Assembly: GCA_963847705.1 (NCBI GenBank)
Contig: CAWKBC010000032.1
Coordinates: 416,001-480,000 of the forward strand
Length of the DNA: 64,000 bases
Direction: 5' to 3'
Source of the DNA: an uncultured Pseudomonadota bacterium
Lineage (GTDB): Bacteria > Myxococcota_A > Polyangia > Fen-1088
The position numbers and the translations under genes were made by a program. Below, piece after piece: positions 53,071-63,341 of this stretch; positions within the stretch are counted from its first letter, which is position 1, and each line of letters opens with the position of its first letter. Under the pieces are notes generated by a model. That model did not search any database. It saw only the letters and a list, made by a program, of their open reading frames with translations, and had not been told where the DNA came from.

Positions 53071-54684
53071 ATGATCACCGTTCAGAACCTCTCCGTCGCG
53101 TTCGGCAGCCAGACCTTGTTCGAAGAGGTGGACGTCAAGTTCACGCCCGGCAATTGCTATGGGCTCATCGGCGCCAACGGCGCCGGAAAGTCGACCTTCC
53201 TGAAGTGCCTGGCGGGCAAGATCGAGTCGACCTCCGGCTCCGTGAGCATCGAGCCGAACAAGCGGCTCAGCATGCTCTCCCAGGATCACTTCGCCTTCAA
53301 CGAGGTGCCGGCCCTGACGGCGGTCATCATGGGTCACAAGGTCCTGCACGCGCTGATGGTGGAGAAGGACGCGCTCTACGCGAAGCCCGACTTCAGCGAG
53401 GCCGACGGCGTGCGCGCCGGTGAGCTGGAGGCCGCGTTCGCCGACCTGGACGGCTGGGACGCCGAAGCCGAGGCTGCCAAGCTGCTGAGCGAGCTGGGCG
53501 TCCCCGCGGCAAAGCACGCTTCGCTCATGAAGGAGCTGGCCGACAGCGAGAAGGTCCGGGTCCTCATGGCCCAGGCGCTGTTCGGCAATCCGGACATCCT
53601 CCTCCTGGACGAGCCCACCAACCACCTGGACGTCGATTCGATCCTCTGGCTGGAGGAGTTCCTGCTCGACTTCCCGAACACCGTGGTCGTCGTCTCGCAC
53701 GACCGGCACTTTCTGGACAAGGTCTGTACCCACATCGCCGACATCGACTTCGGCAAGGTGACGCTCTACTCCGGGAACTACACCTTCTGGTACGAGACCA
53801 GCCAGATGGCGCTCACCCAGCGCTCGAATTCGAACAAGAAGAAGTCTGAGCAGATCGAGGATCTGAAGGCGTTCATCAGACGGTTCAGCGCCAATGCCTC
53901 CAAATCGAGACAGGCCTCCTCGCGAAAAAAGCTGCTCGACAAGATCACGCTGGACGACATCCGGCCGTCCTCCCGCAAGTACCCCTTCATCCAGTTCAAC
54001 GCGGAGCGTGCCCTCGGCAAGGAGGTCGTGAACGTGGAGGGCCTCCGCAAGACCATCGGCGGCGAGGTGCTGTTCGATGGGCTCAGCTTCTCGATCGGCC
54101 GTGGCGAGCGCGTCGCGCTGGTCGGCGACGATCGGGCGATCTCGACCCTCCTCGACATCCTGGCGGGAGAATCCAAGCCCGACGCCGGCACCGTCACCTG
54201 GGGGCGCTCGACTCAGGTCGCCTACTTTCCCAAGGACAACAACACCTACTTCGTCACCGACAAGAGCGTCCTCGAATGGCTGCGCCAGTACGCGCCGGAT
54301 AGCAAGGACGAGACCTCCATCCGCTCGTTCCTGGGCCGCATGCTCTTCACCTCCGACGAGGTTCACAAGAAGGTCGAGGTCCTGTCGGGCGGCGAACGGG
54401 TGCGTTGCATGCTCTCGCAGCTGATGTTGAAGAACCCGAACACCCTCCTCTTGAATCAGCCCACCAACCATCTCGATCTCGAGTCGATCACGGCGCTCAA
54501 CAATGGCCTCTTGAAGAGCGAGGCCTCGATGATCTTCGCCTGCCACGACGTGCAGTTCGTGGAGTCGCTGGCCACCCGGGTCATCGAGCTTGCCGGGAAG
54601 ACCTCCTATGACCTCCGCATGAGCTACGCGGACTATCTGGCAGACGTCGAGAGACTGGCCCGGGTCGGCCGGGCGGTGGCGTGA
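53071..54684 (+). CDS. ABC-F family ATP-binding protein (YbiT-like); second NBD degenerate
   Basis: NBD1 has GANGAGKST and LLDEPTNHLD; interdomain linker with FSANASK; NBD2 has GDDRAIST, LSGGE and LLNQPTNHLD. Confidence 0.9.
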   Translation: MITVQNLSVAFGSQTLFEEVDVKFTPGNCYGLIGANGAGKSTFLKCLAGKIESTSGSVSIEPNKRLSMLSQDHFAFNEVPALTAVIMGHKVLHALMVEKDALYAKPDFSEADGVRAGELEAAFADLDGWDAEAEAAKLLSELGVPAAKHASLMKELADSEKVRVLMAQALFGNPDILLLDEPTNHLDVDSILWLEEFLLDFPNTVVVVSHDRHFLDKVCTHIADIDFGKVTLYSGNYTFWYETSQMALTQRSNSNKKKSEQIEDLKAFIRRFSANASKSRQASSRKKLLDKITLDDIRPSSRKYPFIQFNAERALGKEVVNVEGLRKTIGGEVLFDGLSFSIGRGERVALVGDDRAISTLLDILAGESKPDAGTVTWGRSTQVAYFPKDNNTYFVTDKSVLEWLRQYAPDSKDETSIRSFLGRMLFTSDEVHKKVEVLSGGERVRCMLSQLMLKNPNTLLLNQPTNHLDLESITALNNGLLKSEASMIFACHDVQFVESLATRVIELAGKTSYDLRMSYADYLADVERLARVGRAVA

Positions 54685-54766
54685 GGCGGAGCCTCGAGCT
54701 CGTCTGACCGTCGACAGCCGAACCTTGTTCGATCCGGCGGCCTCACCAGGTGGCACACCTGCGCGC

Positions 54767-55471
54767 TCAGCGCGGACAGGCCGTTGGCTGTCCGTCGAGG
54801 CCCTCGTGCTCGAGGGTGAACGATGCGCTCAGCCTGCCCTCTGATCGTTGCAGCGTCACGACGTAGATGCTGTCGAAGTCGTCTGGCGGCCACTCGGGGA
54901 CCAGGGCGGGATCGGCGCCGCCAGCGGCAACCAGTTGCTTCACCAGCTTGGCCAGGAGGAAGTGCTCCCAGGCGACGAAGATCCGCGCCTGTCCGTAGCG
55001 CGGCTGGAGGAGCTCCCGACGGAGATGACCGATCTGCTGCAACCCCCACTGGGTGTTGACCGGCAGCCCGAACATGATGGCTGTCGGCTCGATGGTCGCC
55101 AGGGGCCGGATGTAGTCGTACTGTTTGCCGGCGTCCTCGATCTGGTGGCTCGGATTCGGGGCGAAGAGAAACTCGGGGACGCCGAACTTGCTCACCAACA
55201 CGACGGGCAGCGCCAGCGCGCGGTTGAGGCCCCGGCAACTGAGCTGCCCCAAGCCGCCAGGAGGCTTCTCGCCGTGCCGGAAGAAGACGATGGTCTCCCC
55301 CGATTCCTTCCCTGCAGCAGTCCCAGGTGCAGCGCCACCATCCGCCGCCGCAGCGAACGCCGGAAGCGCACCCAAGCACGAGAGCGCCGCTCCAAGGCGG
55401 CACGCGCGCTCGAGTGCGCGGCGCCGATGGGTGGTTTTGGTGGCGAGACCGGGAGCTATCAGTCGATGCAT
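54767..55471 (-). CDS. Exported histidine-phosphatase-superfamily-like protein
   Basis: Signal peptide; RHGEKP...GQL...GLNRALALP...RPLATIEP...WEH motifs. Confidence 0.75.
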   Translation of the reverse strand: MHRLIAPGLATKTTHRRRALERACRLGAALSCLGALPAFAAAADGGAAPGTAAGKESGETIVFFRHGEKPPGGLGQLSCRGLNRALALPVVLVSKFGVPEFLFAPNPSHQIEDAGKQYDYIRPLATIEPTAIMFGLPVNTQWGLQQIGHLRRELLQPRYGQARIFVAWEHFLLAKLVKQLVAAGGADPALVPEWPPDDFDSIYVVTLQRSEGRLSASFTLEHEGLDGQPTACPR

Positions 55472-55537
55472 CGCTGCTCACAATAAGGGATCCCGGGCAA
55501 AGGCCAACCCACGGTTCTCTCTCCTGAGTCGCGCTTG

Positions 55538-55693
55538 ATGACCTGGGTGGTCTCGTGGGGCTTGCGGCGCGACGCGTGGTTCAATTTTCAGCTGTCGCCC
55601 GACTTCAGCACCGATGACAACGACGAAAAATGGCAATCGACCCTGGAGACCACCCGGCAGTGGGTGACAGCATCAGCGTTCGGTAACGTATAG
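55538..55693 (+). CDS. Possible small protein (51 aa)
   Basis: ATG..TAG ORF MTWVVSWGLRRDAWFNFQLSPDFSTDDNDEKWQSTLETTRQWVTASAFGNV; many C/G-ending codons; no clear RBS. Confidence 0.25.
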   Translation: MTWVVSWGLRRDAWFNFQLSPDFSTDDNDEKWQSTLETTRQWVTASAFGNV

Positions 55694-55843
55694 GCGTGGT
55701 TCAAGGAATGCTCGCCGGAACAGGGACGACCTACCCCGCGTTCCTGGTCGACTACTGGGTCGAGGGGCTGCAGTAGGGCCCTCCGCCGCGCGCCTGCTCG
55801 AACCGGGCGCCGGACGGACGTCGGACATCGGCCCCCTGGAGCC

Positions 55844-57094
55844 TCAGGCGTAAGGCGGCGCGCGCCTCGGCGACGGTGGCGCCAACCTGCCGAGCGTCGT
55901 CCGCAGCACGCGCATCGGCCCCGCCAGATGCCGCGCCAGCGCCGGCGCAGCGTAGGCGGCTCCCACCACGAAGCGAAACAGCGGCCCGAACGAGAGGGCG
56001 GTGACGGGCCCGATGAAGTAGGCACCCGGGACCGACGATTCGAAGTTCATCGACAGCGCGGGCCCGCGCTCCAGGCGCTTCAGGCGCCGGCGCAGCTCGG
56101 GATCGAGATAGGCGATGCGATCGACATCGGCCACGTAGCCGGTCCCCGCGATGACATGATCGACCTCGAGGTCGCTCTCCCCCGCGCCCTCCTGCCGGAT
56201 TCGGAGGCGGATCCGGCTGCCGATCCGTTCGGCGCCCACCAGGGTCGTGCGCACCACGAAGGGGACCTTCCCCTCGACGCGCTCCTGAATCCACCAGGGT
56301 GCCGCCGGGCCCAGGTGGTGCTTGACGAAGCGGATCCGCGGCCCCTCGGGCACGAAGTGGAGCGCCAGCGGCGCGATCTCGAGCGCCCGGCTCTTGAGCC
56401 CGTAACCCAACCCCGAGATGGGATTGCGCAGACGCGCCAACAGGGGACGGTCGCGCGGGGTGCGCCCGTGGAAGACACCCGCTGGGCCGCGCACCAGGAT
56501 CTGGGCCCGACCACCTGCCTCGTGGACCATCGCGCCGGCCTCGATGGCGGAGGCGCCGGCCCCCACCACCGCCACCGATTGACCGCGGAACCGCTCGAAG
56601 TCGGTGTGAACGAACGTGTGACTCGCCAGCTCCCCGGGGAGGTGCTGGAGGCACTCGGGCATGTGCGCGAGGTGGGTGAGGCCGGTGGCGAAGACCACCC
56701 GCCGGGCGCGCGCCTGTTCGCCATCCGCCAGGGTCAGCGCGAACCGTCCGTCCCCCAGCAGCTTGACGGTCGTGACCTCCTGCGCTTCGAGATCGGGGAC
56801 GAAGCGCTGCTGGATCGAGAGGCCGTAGGTCGCGAAAGACTCCATCGTGCACGGCTCGTGGTTTTCGAGGCCGTTGAGGTCGCACCAGGCGGGGAAGGTG
56901 TGCCCTTTCGCGGGGACGTAGATGTTGGTGGCGAACGCCAGCGATTTGAGGTTGATGCCGCGGGGCATGTCCCGCCAGAACTTCATCGGCGGCCCGAAGA
57001 TGCGGAGCTCGACCCCCAGCGCGCGAAGCTGCGCGGCGAGGGAGAGGGCGTAGGGCCCGGAGCCGACGATCGCTACGTCCGATTCTTGTGCCAC
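55844..57094 (-). CDS. FAD/NAD(P)-dependent oxidoreductase
   Basis: GSGPYA, ATG, GAGASA and GTGY motifs; GGAGG RBS. Confidence 0.88.
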   Translation of the reverse strand: MAQESDVAIVGSGPYALSLAAQLRALGVELRIFGPPMKFWRDMPRGINLKSLAFATNIYVPAKGHTFPAWCDLNGLENHEPCTMESFATYGLSIQQRFVPDLEAQEVTTVKLLGDGRFALTLADGEQARARRVVFATGLTHLAHMPECLQHLPGELASHTFVHTDFERFRGQSVAVVGAGASAIEAGAMVHEAGGRAQILVRGPAGVFHGRTPRDRPLLARLRNPISGLGYGLKSRALEIAPLALHFVPEGPRIRFVKHHLGPAAPWWIQERVEGKVPFVVRTTLVGAERIGSRIRLRIRQEGAGESDLEVDHVIAGTGYVADVDRIAYLDPELRRRLKRLERGPALSMNFESSVPGAYFIGPVTALSFGPLFRFVVGAAYAAPALARHLAGPMRVLRTTLGRLAPPSPRRAPPYA

Positions 57095-57138
57095 GGAGAC
57101 CTCCTACCTTCGCACGAATCCGGCTCGAACCGCGACGC

Positions 57139-58471
57139 TCACGGATCCTGCTTCGTCGGGCTGAGTCTCCGGTAGAGCAACCGCAGACCGGGCAAGAGCT
57201 CGGCGGCCGCGTGGACCACGCCGGGCGCCCAGTCGATCGGATTCCGCCGAAGCGTCCGCCGCCGTGAGGCGGTTCGCCCGGTACCAGGCTCGCCAGCGGG
57301 CGTACTCGGCGCTCGACATCGAGCGGCTGGCCCGCTGCGCGGCGAGCAGCAGCTGGAACACGAACCGATGCGCGTAGATCGTCGCGCCGTCGGTCGCGCC
57401 CTCGGCCGACGCCAGGCAGGCGCGCAGCGCGTCGGTATCTCCGATCGCGGCGTAGTAGACCGACAGCGCGAGCGGCAGACCCCGCGCGGTCTCGAACCCC
57501 ATCTGCCCATAGAAGCGGGGGTTCATGTCGATCACCTTCGCGCAATTCCCCTCGCGCAGGAACTCGACCTCGAAGACCCCGAAGTGCCGAAGCGCCCGGC
57601 AGAGGCGCAAGACCCCGGCCGCCAGGGCGGGATCGACCGGCGCCGACTCGAAGCAGAGCCCCAGCCCGACCGGCCGGGTGCGCTGGAAGACCTTGACGGC
57701 GCCACGGGTCGCCGACAGAGCGCCGCTGCGATCGACGAACCCGGTCAGCGAATAGACGCGCTCCGCCGCGAGGGGCAGGTAACGCTGAATCATCGGCTGG
57801 CTGACGTCTCCGAAGTAGGGCTCGAGCCCCGGCCGGTACGGCTGGCTGGCCAGGAACCGTCGGTAGGCCGGGAGCAGGCCGGCCGCCTCGTCCACCACGA
57901 TCCCCTTGGTTTGCCGGACCTGCCGGACCTGGGTCCGCACCTTCAGCAGCAGCGGAAAGGTCGCCTCGCGAGCGATGCGTGCGACGTCCGCCTCGTTCTC
58001 GGGAAACCAGCTCTCGAGTCCTTCGAGACCGACCGACCGGCAAGCCGCGAGGAGCTTTCGCTTGTCGAGCACGTCGACCATGGTCGTGATGCTGGGCTGG
58101 TAGAGATAGAAGTGCTGCTCGAGCTGTTCGAGATGAGCGGAGAACAGGAACGCCAGATCGTCGCTGGGCGCATAGAGGAAGTGCCGCGGCTCTCGGCGCC
58201 CGAACGCGAGGAGCCACTCCAGCAGCCGCTCTTTGTCCGGGACCGGCGGACAGGGGAGCCAGCGGGTCGCGTAGCGCGACCAGCGCGCGGGCGCCAGCCA
58301 CCCTTGCCCCGCCACCGTGACGGGGATTCCACGTGCGCCCAGCGCCCGCACCGCGGCCAGCGTGCCCCCGTAGGTCGGCATCAACGCCAGAAAGGGGACC
58401 GCCTCGCTGCGTTCGTGGCCTCCGGCACCGCCGGGCAGGCTGGGATTTTGGCTCAACGAAGGGATGCTCAC
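57139..58471 (-). CDS. ATP-grasp carboxylate-amine ligase (D-aspartate-ligase-like); apparent frameshift at about 57242 near the C-terminus; start uncertain (58471 or 58558)
   Basis: AVRALG..G, SRY, PSDD, LDK, MIQRY, FEVEF and DMNPR motifs. Removing one base gives the more plausible end SADPIDWAPG...QDP*; as read, the ORF ends at 57104. Confidence 0.8.
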
Positions 58472-58784
58472 GAGATTGTCACCTTCGGCGGAGGGGACCG
58501 CAACTGGACTGCCGGTTGAGGTTCGGGCGCCGGGTCGACCGGGATTGATCCGCCGCACACCTCGTAGGCGTCAGTTGCACATGTAGCTAGCGTTGACGAC
58601 GTGGCAAACGTCCTGACCGAAGACCTGATGGCAGCACCACTGGGAGTGGCGCTGCCGGCCGGTGGCTGTGATCTGGGCGAGCGCCAGCATCAATGGCAAT
58701 TGACGATGGAGCCGTGCGTCGGATCGCATACTGAGATTGTTGATCCGTTTGGCCGGCGCGTCGACCGGCAAGCTGCTGCTGCAC

Positions 58785-60671
58785 CTACCGGCGCTGGCCG
58801 ACGCTCTTGAGCTGCGTGAGATCGCGGACCGCGCCGCGGGCGGCGCTGGTGGTCATGAGGGCGTACCCGCGCAGCGCCTCCGAGACCACGCGGTCACGGT
58901 TGGGGCGCCAGGCGTCGGCGCCCCGCGCCTCCATCGCGGCGCGCCGCTTTCCGAGGGTGGAGGCGTCGACCACCACGTCGATGCGGCGGCCCGGAATGTC
59001 GATGCGGATGCGATCGCCCTCCTCGATCAACCCGATCGCGCCCCCCTCGCCCGCCTCGGGCGACACGTGGCCGATGCTGAGCCCGGAGGTCCCCCCCGAG
59101 AACCGGCCATCGGTGATGAGCGCGCAGGCCTTGCCGAGGCCCTTCCCCTTGAGGAACGAGGTCGGATACAGCATCTCCTGCATGCCGGGCCCCCCCTTCG
59201 GCCCTTCGTAGACGATCACCACCACGTCCCCCGCGTGGATTTTATCGCCGGTGATCGCGTCACAGGCCGCCTCCTGCGACTGGAAGACCCGCGCCGGGCC
59301 CTCGAACCTCCAGATCGACTCGTCGACCCCCGCGGTCTTCACGATGCAGCCGTCCTCGGCCAGGTTGCCGTAGAGCACGGCCAGCCCGCCCTCTTTGCTG
59401 TAGGCATGCGGGACGTCGCGGATGCAGCCCTTCTCGACGTCCCGGTCGGCGGTGGCGAAGTACTTGTCCTGCGAGAAGGCGACCTTGGTCGGGACGCCGC
59501 CCGGCGCGGCCAGCGCGCGCTGGTGGGCCTCGGCGGTGGCGGTCGGGCGCCGGATGTCGGCGGTGTCGAGCGCGGCCCCCATGGTCGGCGCATGCACGGT
59601 CCTGGCCTCGCGGTGGATGAGCCCGGCCCTGTCGAGCTCCCCCAGGATCGTGAAGACGCCCCCGGCCCGGTGCACGTCCTCGACGTGATAGTGGGACGAG
59701 GGGGCCACCTTGCAGATGTTGGGCACCCGGCGGGAGAGGCGATCGATGTCCGCCATCGTGAAGTCCACCCCCGCCTCGTGGGCGATGGCCAGGATGTGCA
59801 GCACCGTGTTGGTCGAGCCCCCCATGGCGATGTCCAGCGCCATGGCGTTCTCGAACGCTTCGAACGTGGCGACGCCGCGGGGGAGGATCGTGTTGTCGCC
59901 CTCGACGTAATGCCGATTGGCGAGGGCGACGATCTGTTTGCCGGCCGCCTCGAACAGCTCCCAGCGCCGCGCGTGGGTTGCCAGCAAGGTGCCGTTGCCG
60001 GGGAGCGCCAGCCCGAGCGCCTCGTTGAGGCAGTTCATGCTGTTCGCCGTGAACATCCCCGAGCAGGAGCCGCAGGTGGGGCAAGCGGAGCGTTCCATCT
60101 CGCCCAGCTCCGCGTCCGACACCTTCGAATCGGTGGCCGCGATCATCGAGTCGATGAGGTCGAGCTTGCGGACGATCGGCTTTCCGTCGCGGCCGTGGGT
60201 CCCGGTCATCTTGCCGGCCTCCATCGGACCGCCCGACACGAAGATGGTGGGGATGTTGAGGCGCATCGCGGCCATCAGCATCCCGGGCGTGATCTTGTCG
60301 CAATTGGAGATGCAGACCAGCGCGTCGGCGCAGTGGCCATTCACCATATACTCCACGCTGTCGGCGATGAGATCGCGGCTGGGCAGCGAGTACAGCATGC
60401 CGCCGTGACCCATGGCGATGCCGTCGTCGATGGCGATGGTGTTGAACTCCACCCCCCAGCCCCCGGCCGCGTCGATCACCGTCTTCACCTTCTGCCCGAC
60501 GTCGTGGAGGTGCACGTGTCCAGGGACGAACTGGGTGAAGCTGTTGGCGATGGCGACGATCGGCTTTTCGAAGTCCGCGTCGGTCATGCCGGTCGCACGC
60601 CACAGCGAGCGCGCCCCCGCCATGTTTCGGCCCTGGGTGGAGGTCCGGCTGCGATAACCCTTGGTGCTCAT
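58785..60671 (-). CDS. ilvD: Dihydroxy-acid dehydratase
   Basis: [45 protein letters not shown] and TDGRFSG motifs. Confidence 0.97.
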   Translation of the reverse strand: MSTKGYRSRTSTQGRNMAGARSLWRATGMTDADFEKPIVAIANSFTQFVPGHVHLHDVGQKVKTVIDAAGGWGVEFNTIAIDDGIAMGHGGMLYSLPSRDLIADSVEYMVNGHCADALVCISNCDKITPGMLMAAMRLNIPTIFVSGGPMEAGKMTGTHGRDGKPIVRKLDLIDSMIAATDSKVSDAELGEMERSACPTCGSCSGMFTANSMNCLNEALGLALPGNGTLLATHARRWELFEAAGKQIVALANRHYVEGDNTILPRGVATFEAFENAMALDIAMGGSTNTVLHILAIAHEAGVDFTMADIDRLSRRVPNICKVAPSSHYHVEDVHRAGGVFTILGELDRAGLIHREARTVHAPTMGAALDTADIRRPTATAEAHQRALAAPGGVPTKVAFSQDKYFATADRDVEKGCIRDVPHAYSKEGGLAVLYGNLAEDGCIVKTAGVDESIWRFEGPARVFQSQEAACDAITGDKIHAGDVVVIVYEGPKGGPGMQEMLYPTSFLKGKGLGKACALITDGRFSGGTSGLSIGHVSPEAGEGGAIGLIEEGDRIRIDIPGRRIDVVVDASTLGKRRAAMEARGADAWRPNRDRVVSEALRGYALMTTSAARGAVRDLTQLKSVGQRR

Positions 60672-60719
60672 CCCCCCTAGTCTGCCGGATCTTGGCGACA
60701 GAAGGGAATCGGGACTCGA

Positions 60720-61361
60720 TCACTTGCGGGCCGGGCCCTTCCAGCGCGCGGCTCCGGTCAGCAGCGCCGTCAGCGTCGCAGGCACGACGGCGGTCAGCTT
60801 GTCGGGTGAGGTCGCAAAGGTACGGTGCGCGCGGGCCAGCGGACCATCGAGCAGCAGCGACGCCAGCCCGTGCACGGCAGCCCAGCAGGTGAGGACCAGC
60901 GGTCTGGGGTCGCCCGCCGGGGCCAGCCCGCCCGCCTGCGCTTCGATGATCGCGGCGGTCAGCGTGTCGAGCGCCGGCGTCGACGACTCGGCCACGCCGG
61001 CCTCGGCGCCGGGTCCGGTCAGCTCTGGCCGGAACATCAACTTGAAGCGCGCGGGGGACTTGAGCGCGAAGCGGATGTAAGAGAGGCCGCAGGCCTCGAG
61101 GCGGGCCCGCGCATCGGGCGCGGCGGCGCGCGCGTCGACCATCTCCTGGGCCAACACCGCGAAGCCCTCCTCGACCAGCGCGGCGAGCAAGCTGCCCCGA
61201 TCTTTGAAGTGGTGGTAGGGGGCGTTGTGGCTGACCCCGGCCTTGCGCGCCACCTCCCGCAGGCTGAGCGCGCCGATGCCCGACTCGTCGATGAGGGCCA
61301 GGCTGGCCTGGAGCAGGACGCGCCGGAGATCGCCGTGGTGGTAGGCGGTTCGTTTGCTCAT
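60720..61361 (-). CDS. TetR family regulator (WHG-type C-terminus)
   Basis: YHHGDLR, SLREVAR.AGVSHNAPYHHF and W..VHG motifs. Confidence 0.92.
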   Translation of the reverse strand: MSKRTAYHHGDLRRVLLQASLALIDESGIGALSLREVARKAGVSHNAPYHHFKDRGSLLAALVEEGFAVLAQEMVDARAAAPDARARLEACGLSYIRFALKSPARFKLMFRPELTGPGAEAGVAESSTPALDTLTAAIIEAQAGGLAPAGDPRPLVLTCWAAVHGLASLLLDGPLARAHRTFATSPDKLTAVVPATLTALLTGAARWKGPARK

Positions 61362-61384
61362 CGTCTCTCGATGTTGTGCGGTCC

Positions 61385-61450
61385 ATCTGGGCAATGTCAA
61401 CTTTCATGTTGACAGCGTCCAGATGGGGCCTATCTTGACAGCGTCCAGAT
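61385..61450. promoter_or_regulatory. Three TetR-type operators overlapping the MBL-gene promoter
   Basis: ATSTTGACAGCGTCCAGAT at 61406-61424 and 61432-61450, plus an inverted variant at 61385-61402; TTGACA(61409)-N16-TATCTT(61431); AAGGAG RBS. Confidence 0.75.
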
Positions 61451-61463
61451 AAGGAGAACCGCC

Positions 61464-63341
61464 ATGACCACCGTCCATCAGCTCGCCGCCAGCTTGGCCG
61501 TCTCATCCCTGCTGGCAGGCTGCGCCAGCGTCCCGCCGCCAGCGAAGCCGGCGATGACCCAGCAACGCCCGCTCGCCTCGCTGCTCGAGGCCGCGGCCTA
61601 CCCCAACTCCGAGACCGTCGTGGTCCTGACCACCATGCAGCAGCTCCTGGCCAGCCACCGCGAGTGGGAGGGCTACCAATACTTCGGGCGGCTCGCCGTC
61701 GAGCAGCCGGCCCGCGCCCCGCTCTTCCGGGCCTTGCAGGGCACCATGCAGGCCCGGGTGGCCAACCAGGTCCCGCTGCTCAGGCGGATCGCCTGGGTCG
61801 AGGACGCCATCCGCAAGCTGGACGAAGGCGTCGCCGCCGATCCGGTGCTGGGCCGATTTGCGCGTGGGCTGGTGTTCGCCGACCTCCCGCCCCGCTTCGG
61901 CAAGGCCCAGGCCGCGATCGACGACCTCGAATTCTCGCTCGCCCACCGGGCTCAGTTTCCATTCGGGTTCGAGCGCGGCATCTACCGCGCCCTCGCGGCG
62001 GCTTATCGCACGCTGGGCGACGAGCAGCGCTCCCGGGAGATGCTGGTGCGCGCGGGGCTCGGCTCTCTCGACGACCCCACCACGCCACCGGTGCTCGGAA
62101 ACATCTCGGTGGATGGGGCCCATGGCTTCCGCTTCGGTGAGAGGCGCCTGGTTCGCGAGGCCGAGGGGGTCTACGTCGCCGAGGGCTACGACTTCTCGAA
62201 CCTGGTGTTCTTCGTTTCGCCCGAGATGGTGGTGGCGGTCGACGCCGGCACCACCGAAGAGACCGCGCGCGAGGCGGTGGCGGCGTTGCGCCAGGTGACG
62301 CGCGCCCCGATCAAGTACGTCATCCTCACCCACGGCCACTGGGACCACGTGGGAGGCCTCGGCGCCGTCCGCGAGCCGGGCACGACGGTCATCGCCCGCG
62401 CCGGCTTCGCCGAGGAGCTCGCGCGCTCGCGCAGCTATCAGCCACCGTTCCGGTACTTCTTCGGCACCGGCACCATGAAGCTGGACGTGAAGCCCGACCG
62501 GCTGATCGCCGCCCCCGAGACGCTGACCGAGGGGGGCCTGGACCTGCGCCTCATTCCGGCCCCCAGCGGGGAGACCCCCGACGCGCTCTTCATCCAGGAC
62601 CGCAAGCACGACCTCCTGGTGGTGGGCGACGCCTTCATGCCCTATCTCGGGGCGCCCTTCGTCGCCGAGGGCTCGCCCGAGGGTTTCTTGGGCGCGATCG
62701 ATCTGGTGTTGCAGCTGCACCCGCACCGCCTGATCCATGGTCACACCCCGCTCACCGAGACGTTCACCATCGACGCCATGCCCGGACTGCGTGAGGCGAT
62801 GGGGGCGCTCTACGCGCGGAGCCTGGTCGCGGCGCGCGCCGCCCGGCCGCTCGCGGACCTCCTGCATGATGATTTCCTGCCCGCCTCGTTGCGCGCCGCG
62901 CCCGCCGCAGTGCAGCCCTATCTGGTCGCGCGCGACACCTTCGTGCAGCGGCTCTACAGCGAGCACGCCGGCTACTGGCGCGCCAACGGCGAGGGCATCG
63001 ACGCCTTCACGCGCGGCGAGTGGGCCGGCGCTCTCGAGGAGCTGGGCGGCGGCGGCGACGCGCCGTTCGTCCGCACGGCGCGCCAGCTCGAAGCGCGCGG
63101 CGACGCGGCGCTGGCCCTGCAGATCGTGGAGCTGGGGCTGGCCCGCCACCCGGAGAGCGCGCCCCTCCAGGACACACGCGCGCGCGTGCTGACCACGCTG
63201 CGCGACATCTATTCGCAGACCAATCCCTTCCGCTTCATCGTTTACTCCGAGCTCGCAGGCCGAGGCCTGGCGCCCGTGGCACTCCCACCAGCGGCGCCCG
63301 CCGCCGCGACGGTCGCCCGTTCGTCGGGGGAGAGACCGTGA
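61464..63341 (+). CDS. MBL-fold metallo-hydrolase lipoprotein (alkylsulfatase-like) with N-terminal TPR-like region
   Basis: Lipobox LAGC; THGHWDH, GETPD, GD and HGH motifs. Confidence 0.85.
   Translation: MTTVHQLAASLAVSSLLAGCASVPPPAKPAMTQQRPLASLLEAAAYPNSETVVVLTTMQQLLASHREWEGYQYFGRLAVEQPARAPLFRALQGTMQARVANQVPLLRRIAWVEDAIRKLDEGVAADPVLGRFARGLVFADLPPRFGKAQAAIDDLEFSLAHRAQFPFGFERGIYRALAAAYRTLGDEQRSREMLVRAGLGSLDDPTTPPVLGNISVDGAHGFRFGERRLVREAEGVYVAEGYDFSNLVFFVSPEMVVAVDAGTTEETAREAVAALRQVTRAPIKYVILTHGHWDHVGGLGAVREPGTTVIARAGFAEELARSRSYQPPFRYFFGTGTMKLDVKPDRLIAAPETLTEGGLDLRLIPAPSGETPDALFIQDRKHDLLVVGDAFMPYLGAPFVAEGSPEGFLGAIDLVLQLHPHRLIHGHTPLTETFTIDAMPGLREAMGALYARSLVAARAARPLADLLHDDFLPASLRAAPAAVQPYLVARDTFVQRLYSEHAGYWRANGEGIDAFTRGEWAGALEELGGGGDAPFVRTARQLEARGDAALALQIVELGLARHPESAPLQDTRARVLTTLRDIYSQTNPFRFIVYSELAGRGLAPVALPPAAPAAATVARSSGERP

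Noticed and set aside
63235-63341. 107-nt convergent overlap of the MarR and MBL gene 3' ends
   Set aside because: Both overlapping tails are low-complexity and lie outside the folded domains; most likely stop-codon drift in GC-rich DNA.
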